Shown here one piece after another: positions 1 through 9,249 of a stretch of DNA of 32,000 nt; the first letter of the stretch is position 1; each line of letters begins with the position of its first letter. A program made the position numbers and the translations under genes. The stretch is from a bacterium (GTDB lineage Bacteria > UBP7 > UBA6624): assembly GCA_002716355.1 (NCBI GenBank), contig PBAU01000003.1, forward strand, positions 90,001 to 122,000. Reading direction: 5' to 3'. The notes under the pieces are model-generated. The model was given only the letters and a program-made list of their open reading frames with translations, ran no database searches and was not told where the DNA came from.

Positions 1-171
1 ATTGATGAGATAACTTGTTTAATGAATGACGAACAGATAATTGAAAAATGTATTGAAGAGTCAGAGCTCTTGCTAAAAGAAGCTTTTGAAATTTTAAAAA
101 CGGTTTTGCCAGATGATTCTGGTTTTGATCCTGATTTTTGGCTTCAAATCTTTTCTAGGAGGATGAAATGA
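1..171 (+). CDS. 3' end of an unidentified CDS that enters from the left edge (57 codons visible, ...DPDFWLQIFSRRMK*)
   Basis: Frame 1 is open from base 1 to the TGA at 169-171. Its stop overlaps the sppA ATG (ATGA at 168-171), the same pattern as other coupled gene pairs in this window. No family recognised. Confidence 0.5.
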   Translation: MDEITCLMNDEQIIEKCIEESELLLKEAFEILKTVLPDDSGFDPDFWLQIFSRRMK

Positions 172-1076
172 AAAATAAAGGTTGGATATTTATAGTTGTT
201 GTTTTGCTATTAAGTTTTTTTGTTGATGATGTTAACTTAGATCAAAATATGGGATCTCATATTGCCCTACTAGAGATTAAAGGCCCGATCATGCAGGAGT
301 CATCCGGTATTTCTGCAGGTAGCAGGGATATAGCTAATGCAGTATTAAAAGCAGCTGAAAACAGCGAGGTAAGAGCTATTTTTCTTGATATAAATAGCCC
401 GGGAGGCACTGTTGGAGGCTCACAAGAGATATATTGGGCTTTGATGAAATTTAGAGATTCTGATTATTCCTATTTAGAAGATAATGGTGAGATGTTGACT
501 TCAAAAAAAATTATTCATGCTTATATTGGTGAGCTTGGAGCTTCCGGCGGTTACTATGCTGCTAGCGCAGCAAATCACATTTCCTCCCTACCCTCTTCTC
601 TAGTTGGTTCAATAGGTGTTATATTTTCAAATTTTAACTTTGTCAAGATGATGGAGAAGATAGGAATTGAGGATCAGACTTTTACAGCTGGAGAGTATAA
701 GGACCTAGGCAGTTCGTTTAAAACTATGAGTGATGAAGGCAAGAAAGTTATGCAGGAAATGATTGATGAATCTTATGATGTTTTTGTTAATGACGTTGCT
801 AATGGAAGAAAGGACTTGAGTGTGGAGGATGTAAGGAAGCTTGCAAACGGTTGGGTATACTCTGGAAACAAGGCTGTTGAAAACGGTCTTACTGATTCAG
901 TTGTTTACAGCTACAGGGAGGCTTTAGATAATTTGTGTTTAGAGATAGGAGAAGAGGCTCAGTGTGAGACTTACATGATTACACCGGAGCTCGATCCTTT
1001 TGCAGACATATTTAATCTTCTTGGTAAATTTGATTTATTGAATCATAATTTTTTTGCACTTTACCCTAATTATTAA
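168..1076 (+). CDS. sppA: Signal peptide peptidase SppA, 36K type (S49 peptidase)
   Basis: N-terminal TM anchor, plus the S49/ClpP-fold motifs INSPGGTVGGSQEIY and GELGASGGYYAASAANHI. AGGAGG lies 5 nt upstream of the ATG. Confidence 0.85.
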   Translation: MKNKGWIFIVVVLLLSFFVDDVNLDQNMGSHIALLEIKGPIMQESSGISAGSRDIANAVLKAAENSEVRAIFLDINSPGGTVGGSQEIYWALMKFRDSDYSYLEDNGEMLTSKKIIHAYIGELGASGGYYAASAANHISSLPSSLVGSIGVIFSNFNFVKMMEKIGIEDQTFTAGEYKDLGSSFKTMSDEGKKVMQEMIDESYDVFVNDVANGRKDLSVEDVRKLANGWVYSGNKAVENGLTDSVVYSYREALDNLCLEIGEEAQCETYMITPELDPFADIFNLLGKFDLLNHNFFALYPNY

Positions 1077-1120
1077 TATAAAATAAGCGTGAATTGTTGC
1101 AAATGGAGGCTGTTTTTTAA

Positions 1121-1753
1121 ATGATAGTACAAGCACAACCTAGGGAATTAATAATCACCTGTTTAAACTCTTATGCTAATTTCAATTTAGCTTATTGGAA
1201 TTATGCTGACCCAGGAAAGATAGTTAGGTTTTGGGTTGGCTACAGAGAGAGAGCTGAATTTTTGATTTCAGAAATGGAAGAATCTGAAGAAAAAGAGGAA
1301 ATGACAGCTAGGCTTTTTGAGGCTGATAGAGTTGTCCTAAAGAAACGTTTAGGTAATTTGAGGTCTAAAGATTTTGTTAATTTGCCTAGAGCCGATGTAC
1401 CTTTTGAAAGATGGTGGTGGTATATAGATTTGATTAAAACAAAATTTATAAAACCTGAACCTGGTTTTATGGGCAGTATTCCACAATCAGTTTCAAAGCT
1501 TTTCGGTTTTGGTGTTGAGGAGATTGTTGAGGAAGAGATAGAAATAGATTTGTCAAATTTAAAAATTGGAAAGGTTTGGATTGCACCAGGCTGTATTGTT
1601 TGCAATGCTTGTGAAGAGATATGCCCTGATGTTTTTGATGTTCAGGAAGAGAGTTGTGTTATTCGTGATGATCCAAATTTAGAACTCGTTCAAGATATTG
1701 TTGATGCTGCTGATGCATGTCCTGTAGAGGTTATCAAGTTCCAGCCAGCATAG
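1121..1753 (+). CDS. Protein with an unknown ~150-aa N-terminal domain fused to a C-terminal single-cluster Fe-S ferredoxin domain
   Basis: The C-terminus reads CIVCNACEEICPDVF...ADACPVEVI (CxxCxxCxxxCP followed by a distal CP). A GGAGG lies upstream of the ATG. Confidence 0.7.
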   Translation: MIVQAQPRELIITCLNSYANFNLAYWNYADPGKIVRFWVGYRERAEFLISEMEESEEKEEMTARLFEADRVVLKKRLGNLRSKDFVNLPRADVPFERWWWYIDLIKTKFIKPEPGFMGSIPQSVSKLFGFGVEEIVEEEIEIDLSNLKIGKVWIAPGCIVCNACEEICPDVFDVQEESCVIRDDPNLELVQDIVDAADACPVEVIKFQPA

Positions 1754-1757
1754 GTTG

Positions 1758-2585
1758 ATGAAAAAAATAGGATTAAGGGTGAACCCGGTTGATAAAAGGG
1801 TTGATTCCTTTTTGCCCAAAATAGTAAAAGATTTAAAATATTTTTCAGTAAAACCCATAATATTAAATGAAGATGCTGAACAAAAAGGAATGTATGTTCA
1901 GAAGGAGAAATACCTTGAAGAAGATCTTGATTTACTGATTGTTTTAGGAGGCGATGGCACTATTTTAAATGCTGGGCGAATGTCTGCCATTAACCAAGTT
2001 CCTATATTAGGAGTCTCTGTAGGCTCTTTTGGCTTTTTAACAAGCACTGATGTTGATGGCTTTAGAGAAACTTTCAAGTCTGTAATTGAAGGAAAATTTA
2101 TCCTTGAAAAGAGACCTTTGCTTGAAGGTTTAATTAAAGAAAAATGTTTTTTATCTGTGAATGATTTGGTTGTTTCTCATCATGGGCACTCTTCAGTTTC
2201 TCCTTTTGAGATTCAAATAGACCAATCTGTCTTGAAGTATAAAGGAGATGGTCTTGTTGTGTCTACTTCCACTGGATCTACAGCGTACAATCTTTCTGCA
2301 GGTGGTCCTGTTGTTGATCCAGAGATGTCATGTATGCTTTTAACTCCTATTTGTGCTCATCTTATTGGAGTTAGGCCAATGGTTATATCAAATAAAAAAG
2401 TTCTTATATCGGCAATAAAGTCAAAAAAATATTCACTTTCTGTAGATGGACAGCATGCAGTTGATTTTTCAAACCTTGAATCATTGGAAGTGAGAATAAG
2501 TGATTTGTTTTTTAAGCTAATAAGAAGTCAGCAATCTTCAGATTTCTGGACAGTCGTAAAAGAAAAATTTCATTGGGGTAATTGA
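1758..2585 (+). CDS. nadK: NAD(+) kinase
   Basis: GGDGT motif (VLGGDGTILNAGR) and STSTGSTAYNLSAGGP. The ATG at 1758 is preferred over the adjacent track TTG at 1755. Confidence 0.9.
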   Translation: MKKIGLRVNPVDKRVDSFLPKIVKDLKYFSVKPIILNEDAEQKGMYVQKEKYLEEDLDLLIVLGGDGTILNAGRMSAINQVPILGVSVGSFGFLTSTDVDGFRETFKSVIEGKFILEKRPLLEGLIKEKCFLSVNDLVVSHHGHSSVSPFEIQIDQSVLKYKGDGLVVSTSTGSTAYNLSAGGPVVDPEMSCMLLTPICAHLIGVRPMVISNKKVLISAIKSKKYSLSVDGQHAVDFSNLESLEVRISDLFFKLIRSQQSSDFWTVVKEKFHWGN

Positions 2586-3224
2586 TTGATTTATTTTTTA
2601 TTTTTTCTAGATTGGTTAACAGTTGGAAAAGTTTATACTTATGAAGGCGTTTTGTTTCGTGATAAAGTTTTTTACGAATCTAAACAAGAGGTTGAGTCCA
2701 AGGTAGTTTATTACCTGAGTGTTATTGAGGAGAATGACGATAGCACTGTTGAGGTTAGTATTATCTGTCAGCCTAGAAATAAAGATTCTAAATTTAACGA
2801 AATTCAGATTAATCTTTTGAAAGAGGTTTGTCTTCCTGAGATAAAAATCAATCTTGACAAAAAAACACCTACACTTCCAAGGTATTTAGGTTTTGGGCCA
2901 TACCAACTTTACCCTTACGACAAGGTTCAAGAAATGAAAGAAAATTTATATGAAGGTAATTTCACAAAGGATGACGTTAAGCATGGTTGGCAACTAAGGT
3001 ACATTCCTAAAAAAGAAAAAAAAGGTGTTGTCTTAGCTGGAGATTTAAAAATAGAAAATAGCAAAGGGTTGATACCGACTAAAAAAAGTTTAACATTTGA
3101 TGTTTTTTATATCTATGAGAACGAAAAGATAAAAAAAACAGAGATGGTTTTCGACTATCTTTTAGAGCCTTTTAATGTAAGTTCAACTTTCAGAATTCAA
3201 TTAAGGCTTATTGAAGATGCTTAA
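2586..3224 (+). CDS. Hypothetical protein
   Basis: Long ORF with a TTG start directly after the nadK stop. No motif recognised. Confidence 0.5.
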   Translation: MIYFLFFLDWLTVGKVYTYEGVLFRDKVFYESKQEVESKVVYYLSVIEENDDSTVEVSIICQPRNKDSKFNEIQINLLKEVCLPEIKINLDKKTPTLPRYLGFGPYQLYPYDKVQEMKENLYEGNFTKDDVKHGWQLRYIPKKEKKGVVLAGDLKIENSKGLIPTKKSLTFDVFYIYENEKIKKTEMVFDYLLEPFNVSSTFRIQLRLIEDA

Positions 3225-3801
3225 CCAGCAGTTTGATAAAAATTTAACCAGGCATGTTCCTGGCGAGTTTTCATTTGGATCTTTTATTGGAAAGTTTCTT
3301 CTTACAATATTGTCTATCATTTCACTTTATGCTTTTGTTGTTTATGTTGCTGACTCAAAAGCTCAAAATGAAATTCCTAAAATTATTGAAATAATACCTC
3401 CTCCAGGGAATTTGCCTCGAGAGCATATTGCATATGTTGAATTCAGTATACCTCTGGATGAATGGTCTGTTTTCGATGGTCTTGTCTATAGGATACATAG
3501 AAAAGATGGTTCAATTTCACCAAAAAAGAAAGTTTCAAATGCTGGAAGGTTGATATTGAAAAACAACGGTAAAAGTTTAATATTTATGATTAATCATCAA
3601 AATTTACCTGTGGTTGGAGAAAAGATAATAGTTGATATTTCTGGAATTCGTTCAAGATCTGGAGTTGGCTTAAGCATGCAGTTTTTAGAGTATGACATCA
3701 CTGATGAAAAACCTGACTTTCTGTTCGAGCAACTGCTTACCAGGCTGTCACTTTCTGAATTAAAGGTTTTATGGGACGAATGGCTTTCAGGAAATTTATA
3801 A
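3217..3801 (+). CDS. Hypothetical membrane-anchored protein, possibly with an SbsA-type Ig-like domain
   Basis: One TM helix (FLLTILSIISLYAFVVYV), then IPPPGNLPREHIAYVEFSIPLDEWSV, which resembles bacterial Ig-like (Big_5-type) domain openings. The ATG at 3217 overlaps the upstream stop. Confidence 0.5.
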   Translation: MLNQQFDKNLTRHVPGEFSFGSFIGKFLLTILSIISLYAFVVYVADSKAQNEIPKIIEIIPPPGNLPREHIAYVEFSIPLDEWSVFDGLVYRIHRKDGSISPKKKVSNAGRLILKNNGKSLIFMINHQNLPVVGEKIIVDISGIRSRSGVGLSMQFLEYDITDEKPDFLFEQLLTRLSLSELKVLWDEWLSGNL

Positions 3802-3850
3802 AAAACGCTAAAATAACAGAGTTTAGAGTCAAAGGGAAAATAGTTTAATT

Positions 3851-4087
3851 ATGGTGGTTGTTGTCGGATTTATACAATTTTACAAATTGGTTTTATTTGC
3901 AAGGATTCTTTTGAGTTGGTTTAGTGTTGATTGGAGAAGTCAGTATTTTTTTTGGATTGCTGATGTAACTGAGCCAATTTTAAGATTTGTTAGGCCTATC
4001 TTCCCAAGAATGGGAGGTATAGACTTTTCCCCTATTATTGCTTTTTATTTATTGGATTTGATTACTGGGGTGTTGATGAGATTATGA
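3851..4087 (+). CDS. YggT family membrane protein
   Basis: 78 aa with two TM segments. ARILLSWF...[24 protein letters not shown] is typical of the YGGT repeat. Confidence 0.7.
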   Translation: MVVVVGFIQFYKLVLFARILLSWFSVDWRSQYFFWIADVTEPILRFVRPIFPRMGGIDFSPIIAFYLLDLITGVLMRL

Positions 4088-5313
4088 GTTATTTTTTTGG
4101 TGAAGACAAAGAGGTTGAAAATATAGTACATTCAGAAATATCTAGACTAGAAGAAGGTTTAGAGCTTATTGCAAGTGAAAATGTTGCAAGTAAAAATGTA
4201 ATGCTTGCTCAAGGAAGCCCTCTTACAAATAAATATGCCGAAGGGTATCCTTCAAAAAGATATTACGGCGGTTGCGAAGAGGTCGATAAGGTTGAAAATT
4301 TAGCAATAGCAAGAGCTAAAAGTATATTTAATTGCTCTTATGCAAATGTTCAACCTCATTCTGGGTCACAGGCAAATCAAGCAGTTTATTCAGCTTTGCT
4401 TGAACCAGGAGACACAATATTATCGCTATCTCTTTCTGATGGTGGCCACCTTTCGCATGGGCATTTTGTAACCCAGGTTGGTAAAATTTTTAAAATCTCG
4501 AATTATTCATTGAATGAAAAAACAGAACTTATTGATTTTGACAAAGTTAAAAAAGTTGCTTTTGAGGTAAAGCCAAAATTGATAATTTGTGGATACAGTA
4601 ATTATTCAAGAAAAATTGATTTTTCTTCTTTTAGAGATATTGCAGACCAGGTAGGTGCTTATCTTTTGGGGGATATTGCTCATATTTCTGGAATTGTCGC
4701 AGCCGCCAAACACCCCTCCCCCTTTCCTTATTGTCATATTGCTACAACCACAACACATAAAACACTAAGGGGTCCAAGAGGTGGGATGATTTTAAGTTCA
4801 GATCGTGATATTTCTGAAAAAATTGATAAAGCTGTTTTTCCAGGGATGCAAGGTGGACCATTGATGCATGTTATTGCAGCTAAGGCTGTTGCTTTCGGGG
4901 AAGCAGCAAAACCTTCTTTTAAAGAGTATATAAATCAAGTTTTAAAAAATGCAAAATGTCTTTCTCGTTGCTTATCAGAAAATGGCTTGAGGATAGTTTC
5001 TGGAGGAACTGATAATCATTTATTTTCGTGTGATCTGAGAAATTGGAAACTTACAGGAAAAGAAGCTGAGGCTTTGCTTGGGGACGCAGGTATAACTGTT
5101 AATAAAAATACAATCCCTAACGACCCTCAAAGCCCTTTTGTAACTAGTGGTGTGAGAATTGGAACCCCAGCAGTTACAACAAGAGGAATGCGGGAAGCAG
5201 AAATGAAACATATTTCTGATTTTATAGTCAAGGTTTTGAAAGAGAAGGCTGATCCTAAAAAAATTAAAAATGAGGTACTTGAACTTTGTCAAAAATTCCC
5301 CCTCTACACGTAG
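4084..5313 (+). CDS. glyA: Serine hydroxymethyltransferase
   Basis: [23 protein letters not shown], and the PLP-lysine motif [18 protein letters not shown] overlap with the yggT-family stop. Confidence 0.95.
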   Translation: MSYFFGEDKEVENIVHSEISRLEEGLELIASENVASKNVMLAQGSPLTNKYAEGYPSKRYYGGCEEVDKVENLAIARAKSIFNCSYANVQPHSGSQANQAVYSALLEPGDTILSLSLSDGGHLSHGHFVTQVGKIFKISNYSLNEKTELIDFDKVKKVAFEVKPKLIICGYSNYSRKIDFSSFRDIADQVGAYLLGDIAHISGIVAAAKHPSPFPYCHIATTTTHKTLRGPRGGMILSSDRDISEKIDKAVFPGMQGGPLMHVIAAKAVAFGEAAKPSFKEYINQVLKNAKCLSRCLSENGLRIVSGGTDNHLFSCDLRNWKLTGKEAEALLGDAGITVNKNTIPNDPQSPFVTSGVRIGTPAVTTRGMREAEMKHISDFIVKVLKEKADPKKIKNEVLELCQKFPLYT

Positions 5314-5714
5314 CTTATTTATGTATAGGCTCAAATATTGGCAATTGTGAGCTTCATTTAAAAAACGCAATAAAGGAAATTAAAAAATGGCCAAGAACCA
5401 AGGTTGTAAAAGTTTCAAAAATTCTAGAGACGGAACCATGTGGACCTGTAAGAAATCAAGATAATTTTTTGAACCAGGTGGTAAAAATTAAAAGTTTCTT
5501 AAACCCTTTGAGCATTATTGACCTAATAGAGATTACTGAAAACAAAATGGGAAGAGACAGAGTTGACGTGCCAAAAAAAGGCCCTCGCATAATAGATATT
5601 GATTTAATAATTTTTGATGATTTTAAAATAGTCTCAAAAAGGTTAACACTGCCCCATCCCGCTATTGACTCAAGAGCTTATATTTCAAAGCTTATGGAGG
5701 ATATTGATGGTTGA
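5286..5714 (+). CDS. folK: 2-amino-4-hydroxy-6-hydroxymethyldihydropteridine diphosphokinase (HPPK)
   Basis: [20 protein letters not shown] and LTLPHP motifs. The start is uncertain: the TTG at 5286 overlaps the glyA end and there is no in-frame ATG nearby. Confidence 0.8.
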   Translation: MSKIPPLHVAYLCIGSNIGNCELHLKNAIKEIKKWPRTKVVKVSKILETEPCGPVRNQDNFLNQVVKIKSFLNPLSIIDLIEITENKMGRDRVDVPKKGPRIIDIDLIIFDDFKIVSKRLTLPHPAIDSRAYISKLMEDIDG

Positions 5715-6558
5715 TTTTTTTTCAAGCTTTAAGAGCGAAATACAAATTTCTTTTGATAATTTAATAGCAGAAGATAAAATCTTTCAAGATGTTACTACTG
5801 ATTATTTAGAAATAAATGAAAAATCTGTCTCTGAAATTACATCTAGAACAGATGGTTTTGTTTCAGGTATTTCGATTGTTAAATCTTTTTTCAATTACCT
5901 TAACCTTAATTGCAGTATTGTTCATGAGCTTAAGGATGGCGATCCCGTTTCAAAAAATGATATGTTTTTTTCATTTGTTACAAGTGCTCCTGATGCCCTG
6001 AAAATTGAACGAATTGTTTTAAATTTAATTGCTAGATGCTCATCAATATGTACTGAAGTTAAGAATTGGAAGAGGATTATGGATCCCTACAAGGTAAAGC
6101 TTCTGGATACACGTAAAACTGCTCCTGGCAATCGTTATTTCGATAAGCATTCTGTGTTTATTGGAGGGGGAGGAAATCATCGATTTAATTTAGCAGATGA
6201 GGTTTTGATAAAGGAGAATCATTTGATTTTTTTCAAGGATTTAAAATCCGCAATTCAAAAAATACAAAAAAATAATAAATTTAAAACTGTTGTTGTTGAG
6301 GTTGAAAACATGAAGCAGCTTCAGGAAATTTGCAAATTAAATTTTGACAGAGTTATTTTTGATAACTGGAAGTATGAAGAGATAAGTGAAGGGATAAAGC
6401 TTGCAAAGGAAAAAAATAAAGATGTAGAACTGTCTGGAGGGATAAATTTATCAAACCTTGATTCATATTGTCTTTTGAAGCCTGATTTTATATCTGCTGG
6501 GTCTTTGACCAATCCAAGCAAAGATTTTGATATTTCAATGCTACTTAAACGTTATTAG
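5707..6558 (+). CDS. nadC: Nicotinate-nucleotide diphosphorylase (quinolinate phosphoribosyltransferase)
   Basis: LDTRKTAPGNRYFDKHSVFIGGGGNHRFNLADEVLIKENH. The ATG at 5707 (an ATGGTTGA overlap with the folK stop) is preferred over the track start at 5665. Confidence 0.9.
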   Translation: MVDFFSSFKSEIQISFDNLIAEDKIFQDVTTDYLEINEKSVSEITSRTDGFVSGISIVKSFFNYLNLNCSIVHELKDGDPVSKNDMFFSFVTSAPDALKIERIVLNLIARCSSICTEVKNWKRIMDPYKVKLLDTRKTAPGNRYFDKHSVFIGGGGNHRFNLADEVLIKENHLIFFKDLKSAIQKIQKNNKFKTVVVEVENMKQLQEICKLNFDRVIFDNWKYEEISEGIKLAKEKNKDVELSGGINLSNLDSYCLLKPDFISAGSLTNPSKDFDISMLLKRY

Positions 6559-7017
6559 AACTATTTGCGCTAAGTAGACTAAAGAAAAAATAAATCTGCC
6601 AAAACCGCTTGCTAAGACTCCCAACAAGGCTCCTTTTGCAACTTTTAAACTTTTATCTTTTGACCCGTGAGCTTTCATTTCCCATAAGAATGAACCCAAG
6701 AATGCGCCTATAAAAATACCCCAAGGTGGAATGATTGCAGCAAATAGGATTATTCCAGCTAAACATGCCCAAGGAGTTCCCTTTGATGATTTGTATTTCT
6801 TTAAAACACCTGTCCTTATCATGTGCTCAATAACACTATTTAAAATCCATACTGTAACCCCTATTATCAAAGGTAAAAAACCATTGGATTTATCGCTATT
6901 TGTCCATGCTAAGAATGTCATAAATAATAAAAGTTCAATACACGGTATTATTGGAAAAAAGCTTAATAGTGAAAAGATGCCACTAAATATAATTATTACC
7001 CAATCTATTAATTCCAT
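6541..7017 (-). CDS. Small multi-pass membrane protein, DUF456-like
   Basis: Four or five hydrophobic segments. KKYKSSKGTPWA and GAFLGSFLWEM...AKGALLGVL resemble DUF456. ATG at 7017; the track TTG is at 7020. Confidence 0.55.
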   Translation of the reverse strand: MELIDWVIIIFSGIFSLLSFFPIIPCIELLLFMTFLAWTNSDKSNGFLPLIIGVTVWILNSVIEHMIRTGVLKKYKSSKGTPWACLAGIILFAAIIPPWGIFIGAFLGSFLWEMKAHGSKDKSLKVAKGALLGVLASGFGRFIFSLVYLAQIVLITFK

Positions 7018-7044
7018 CAAAACTTATTTTAAAATATCCTCTTC

Positions 7045-7992
7045 ATGGATAGTAAAGAATTAATAAGTGAAATTAAGCGTCTAAAAAATGAAAAGAATGC
7101 TTTGATCCTTGCGCATAATTATGTCAAAGGTGAAATTCAAGATTTAGCTGATTATGTTGGGGACTCTCTTGGCTTGTCTAGAAAATCAGCTGAAACAGAT
7201 AACGAGTTGATTGTTTTTTGTGCTGTTCATTTCATGGCTGAAACAGCTAGTGTTCTTGCCAAGAGAAGGCAAAGAATACTATGTCCTGATTTAAATGCAG
7301 GGTGCTCTCTTTCAGAAACAATAACAGGCAGTCAGTTAAAAGAATGGAAAAAAGAACATCCAGACGCTATTGTTGTTAGTTATGTGAATACGTCTGCTGA
7401 GGTTAAGGCGGAAAGTGATTATTGTTGTACTTCTGGAAACGCTTTAAATGTTGTCAGATCGATACCAGAAGATAAAGACATCTTGTTTTTGCCAGATATG
7501 TTTTTGGGAGCTTGGGTACAGGAGGTAACTGGAAGAAAAATGCATATATGGCCTGGTGAATGTCATGTCCATGCTTCGCTTCCCCCAGAGAGAATTCAAG
7601 ATTTGATGAAAGTTCACTCTGATGCTGATTTCTTGATACATCCTGAATGTGGATGTTCAACCTCGTGTATGTATCTAGGCTCAGTGGGCAAGCTTGAAAA
7701 AAAACCACATATTCTTTCTACAGCAGGAATGGTTAAGCATGCAGAAAAAAGCAATGCTGAAACATTTGTTGTGGCTACAGAAACTGGCATCTTGCATCCT
7801 TTGAAAAAATCTTTGCCAAAAAAAGAATTTATACCTGCGTCAGACAGTATGGTTTGTCAATATATGAAAATGGTTACGCTAGAAAAACTCTATCTGTCTT
7901 TAAGAGACGAGAAACATGAGGTGAAAGTTGAAGAGCCTTTAAAGAGCAAAGCCAAGAAGGCTATAGTTCGTATGTTGGATATTGATGGCTAA
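7045..7992 (+). CDS. nadA: Quinolinate synthase
   Basis: ILAHNY, VHFMAETA, VSYVNTSAEVKA and HPEC motifs, plus cluster cysteines. Confidence 0.9.
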   Translation: MDSKELISEIKRLKNEKNALILAHNYVKGEIQDLADYVGDSLGLSRKSAETDNELIVFCAVHFMAETASVLAKRRQRILCPDLNAGCSLSETITGSQLKEWKKEHPDAIVVSYVNTSAEVKAESDYCCTSGNALNVVRSIPEDKDILFLPDMFLGAWVQEVTGRKMHIWPGECHVHASLPPERIQDLMKVHSDADFLIHPECGCSTSCMYLGSVGKLEKKPHILSTAGMVKHAEKSNAETFVVATETGILHPLKKSLPKKEFIPASDSMVCQYMKMVTLEKLYLSLRDEKHEVKVEEPLKSKAKKAIVRMLDIDG

Positions 7993-8545
7993 GGTAAAAA
8001 GAAAATCAACATCAGATCTAATAATCTCAAGGCCAACAGAAAAAGAAAGGAACGAAAAGAAAATTTCAGTAACAATCCTTTTAGATAATGTTAGAAGTGC
8101 AAGAAATGTTGGTTTGATTTTCCGCTTAGCTGATTGTGTTAATGTTAAAGAGGTGTGGATGTGTGGGATAACTCCTTATCCTGGGTTCACAGAGCATGCT
8201 ACAAATCAAATTAATAAAACAGGTGTAGGAGGCAGTGTTGAAACAGTTCCCTGGAAGCATTTTGACAAGGCTTTAGATGCTTTGAATGAGGCTAAGAGGA
8301 AAGGTTTGCATATTATTTGTTACGAACAGGCTAAAGGCTCAAGTAAATGGCCGGTTAAATTAAAAAAATATAATCTATTGCTCGTTTTTGGACATGAGAT
8401 AAAAGATGTAAGTGATTGTTTTATTGAAAATAATGATGAAGTTATTGAACTGCCGATAAGAGGTATAACGAATAGTTTAAATGTTGCTTTGTGTGCAAGT
8501 GCTGTTTTGTATGAAATTTTGAATCAGTTTGATGATGCTGGTTAG
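7985..8545 (+). CDS. SpoU/TrmH family RNA 2'-O-methyltransferase
   Basis: LLDNVRSARNVGLIFRLAD, LVFGHE, and the C-terminal knot motif ELPIRGITNSLNVALCASAVLYE. Confidence 0.75.
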   Translation: MAKVKRKSTSDLIISRPTEKERNEKKISVTILLDNVRSARNVGLIFRLADCVNVKEVWMCGITPYPGFTEHATNQINKTGVGGSVETVPWKHFDKALDALNEAKRKGLHIICYEQAKGSSKWPVKLKKYNLLLVFGHEIKDVSDCFIENNDEVIELPIRGITNSLNVALCASAVLYEILNQFDDAG

Positions 8546-8564
8546 CCTTAAAGCTGCTCTCAGT

Positions 8565-9128
8565 TTATTTTTTAGGAACGTTAATCATTGTTCCAATTTT
8601 TAATTTTGCAGGATCTATACCTGGGTTTAAATCCAGTAGAACATCAATTGTTGTGTTTAGAAATTTTGCTATACCTTCTAATGTGTCACCTTTTTTTATC
8701 CTGTATAAACCATCATCTTCTGGATAATCAGAATTCCATTGATCTCTGAGTGGTATCTTCAATTCCTCTCCAAGTTTTAGCTTGTCTGGATTCTTTATTT
8801 CATTTAATTCGATTATTGATTTTATTGTGACACCCCAGTCTCTCGCTATTGATGTTAGGTTTTCTCCAGATTTAACAACATGTATATCAAAATTATCATC
8901 CTTCTTTTCATCAGAGTGGTCATTGAAAACTGTATCTTCTGATTTCACTTCTTCTTGTAATTCAGGGTCTCCAAGCTCAAGGTAAACAGGTTTTTCATTT
9001 GTTTTTGGGCTTGCACTTGACTCTTTAGGGTTTTGTGTTTTTGTTGCTTTTGGAAGTATGGCCAAGGCAGCAATAACAACAATCAAAAAGGGAAGCAGGT
9101 TTGATTTGGTTTTTTTAATGTATTTCAT
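8565..9128 (-). CDS. Secreted or anchored protein with two LysM peptidoglycan-binding domains
   Basis: N-terminal hydrophobic anchor and two LysM repeats: HVVKSGENLTSIARDWGV...LKLGEELKIP and YRIKKGDTLEGIAKFLNT...LKIGTMINVP. Confidence 0.85.
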   Translation of the reverse strand: MKYIKKTKSNLLPFLIVVIAALAILPKATKTQNPKESSASPKTNEKPVYLELGDPELQEEVKSEDTVFNDHSDEKKDDNFDIHVVKSGENLTSIARDWGVTIKSIIELNEIKNPDKLKLGEELKIPLRDQWNSDYPEDDGLYRIKKGDTLEGIAKFLNTTIDVLLDLNPGIDPAKLKIGTMINVPKK

Positions 9129-9136
9129 TGGCGAGG

Positions 9137-9184
9137 TTGAGGGAGAGTCAATGCCTGGGTGGGTTCATTGAAAAACTCCCTCAA
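9137..9184 (-). promoter_or_regulatory. Leader hairpin upstream of the LysM gene, pairing SD-like and anti-SD-like arms around a 6-codon mini-ORF
   Basis: In mRNA sense: TTGAGGGAG-N30-CTCCCTCAA, a perfect 9-bp inverted repeat. GAGGGAG sits 7 nt before ATG AAC CCA CCC AGG CAT TGA. The LysM ATG follows 10 nt after the 3' arm and has no SD of its own. Confidence 0.35.
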
Positions 9185-9249
9185 TTTTAGTTTAGGCATT
9201 TTTAGACTAAGCATATATTTTTTACAATAAGCTTTGGTTAGCTTTTTTG

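Noticed and set aside
7018-7044. The very short (27-nt) divergent spacer between the DUF456-like gene and nadA, considered as a shared bidirectional regulatory site.
   Set aside because: I could not find a palindrome or recognisable promoter hexamers in it. The promoters probably lie inside the neighbouring coding regions, so the sequence alone supports no claim.
9185-9249. The short AAGCT/AGCTT hairpin after the aminopeptidase stop, considered as an intrinsic terminator.
   Set aside because: It has only a 5-bp AT-rich stem and no proper downstream U-tract, so it is too weak to call.
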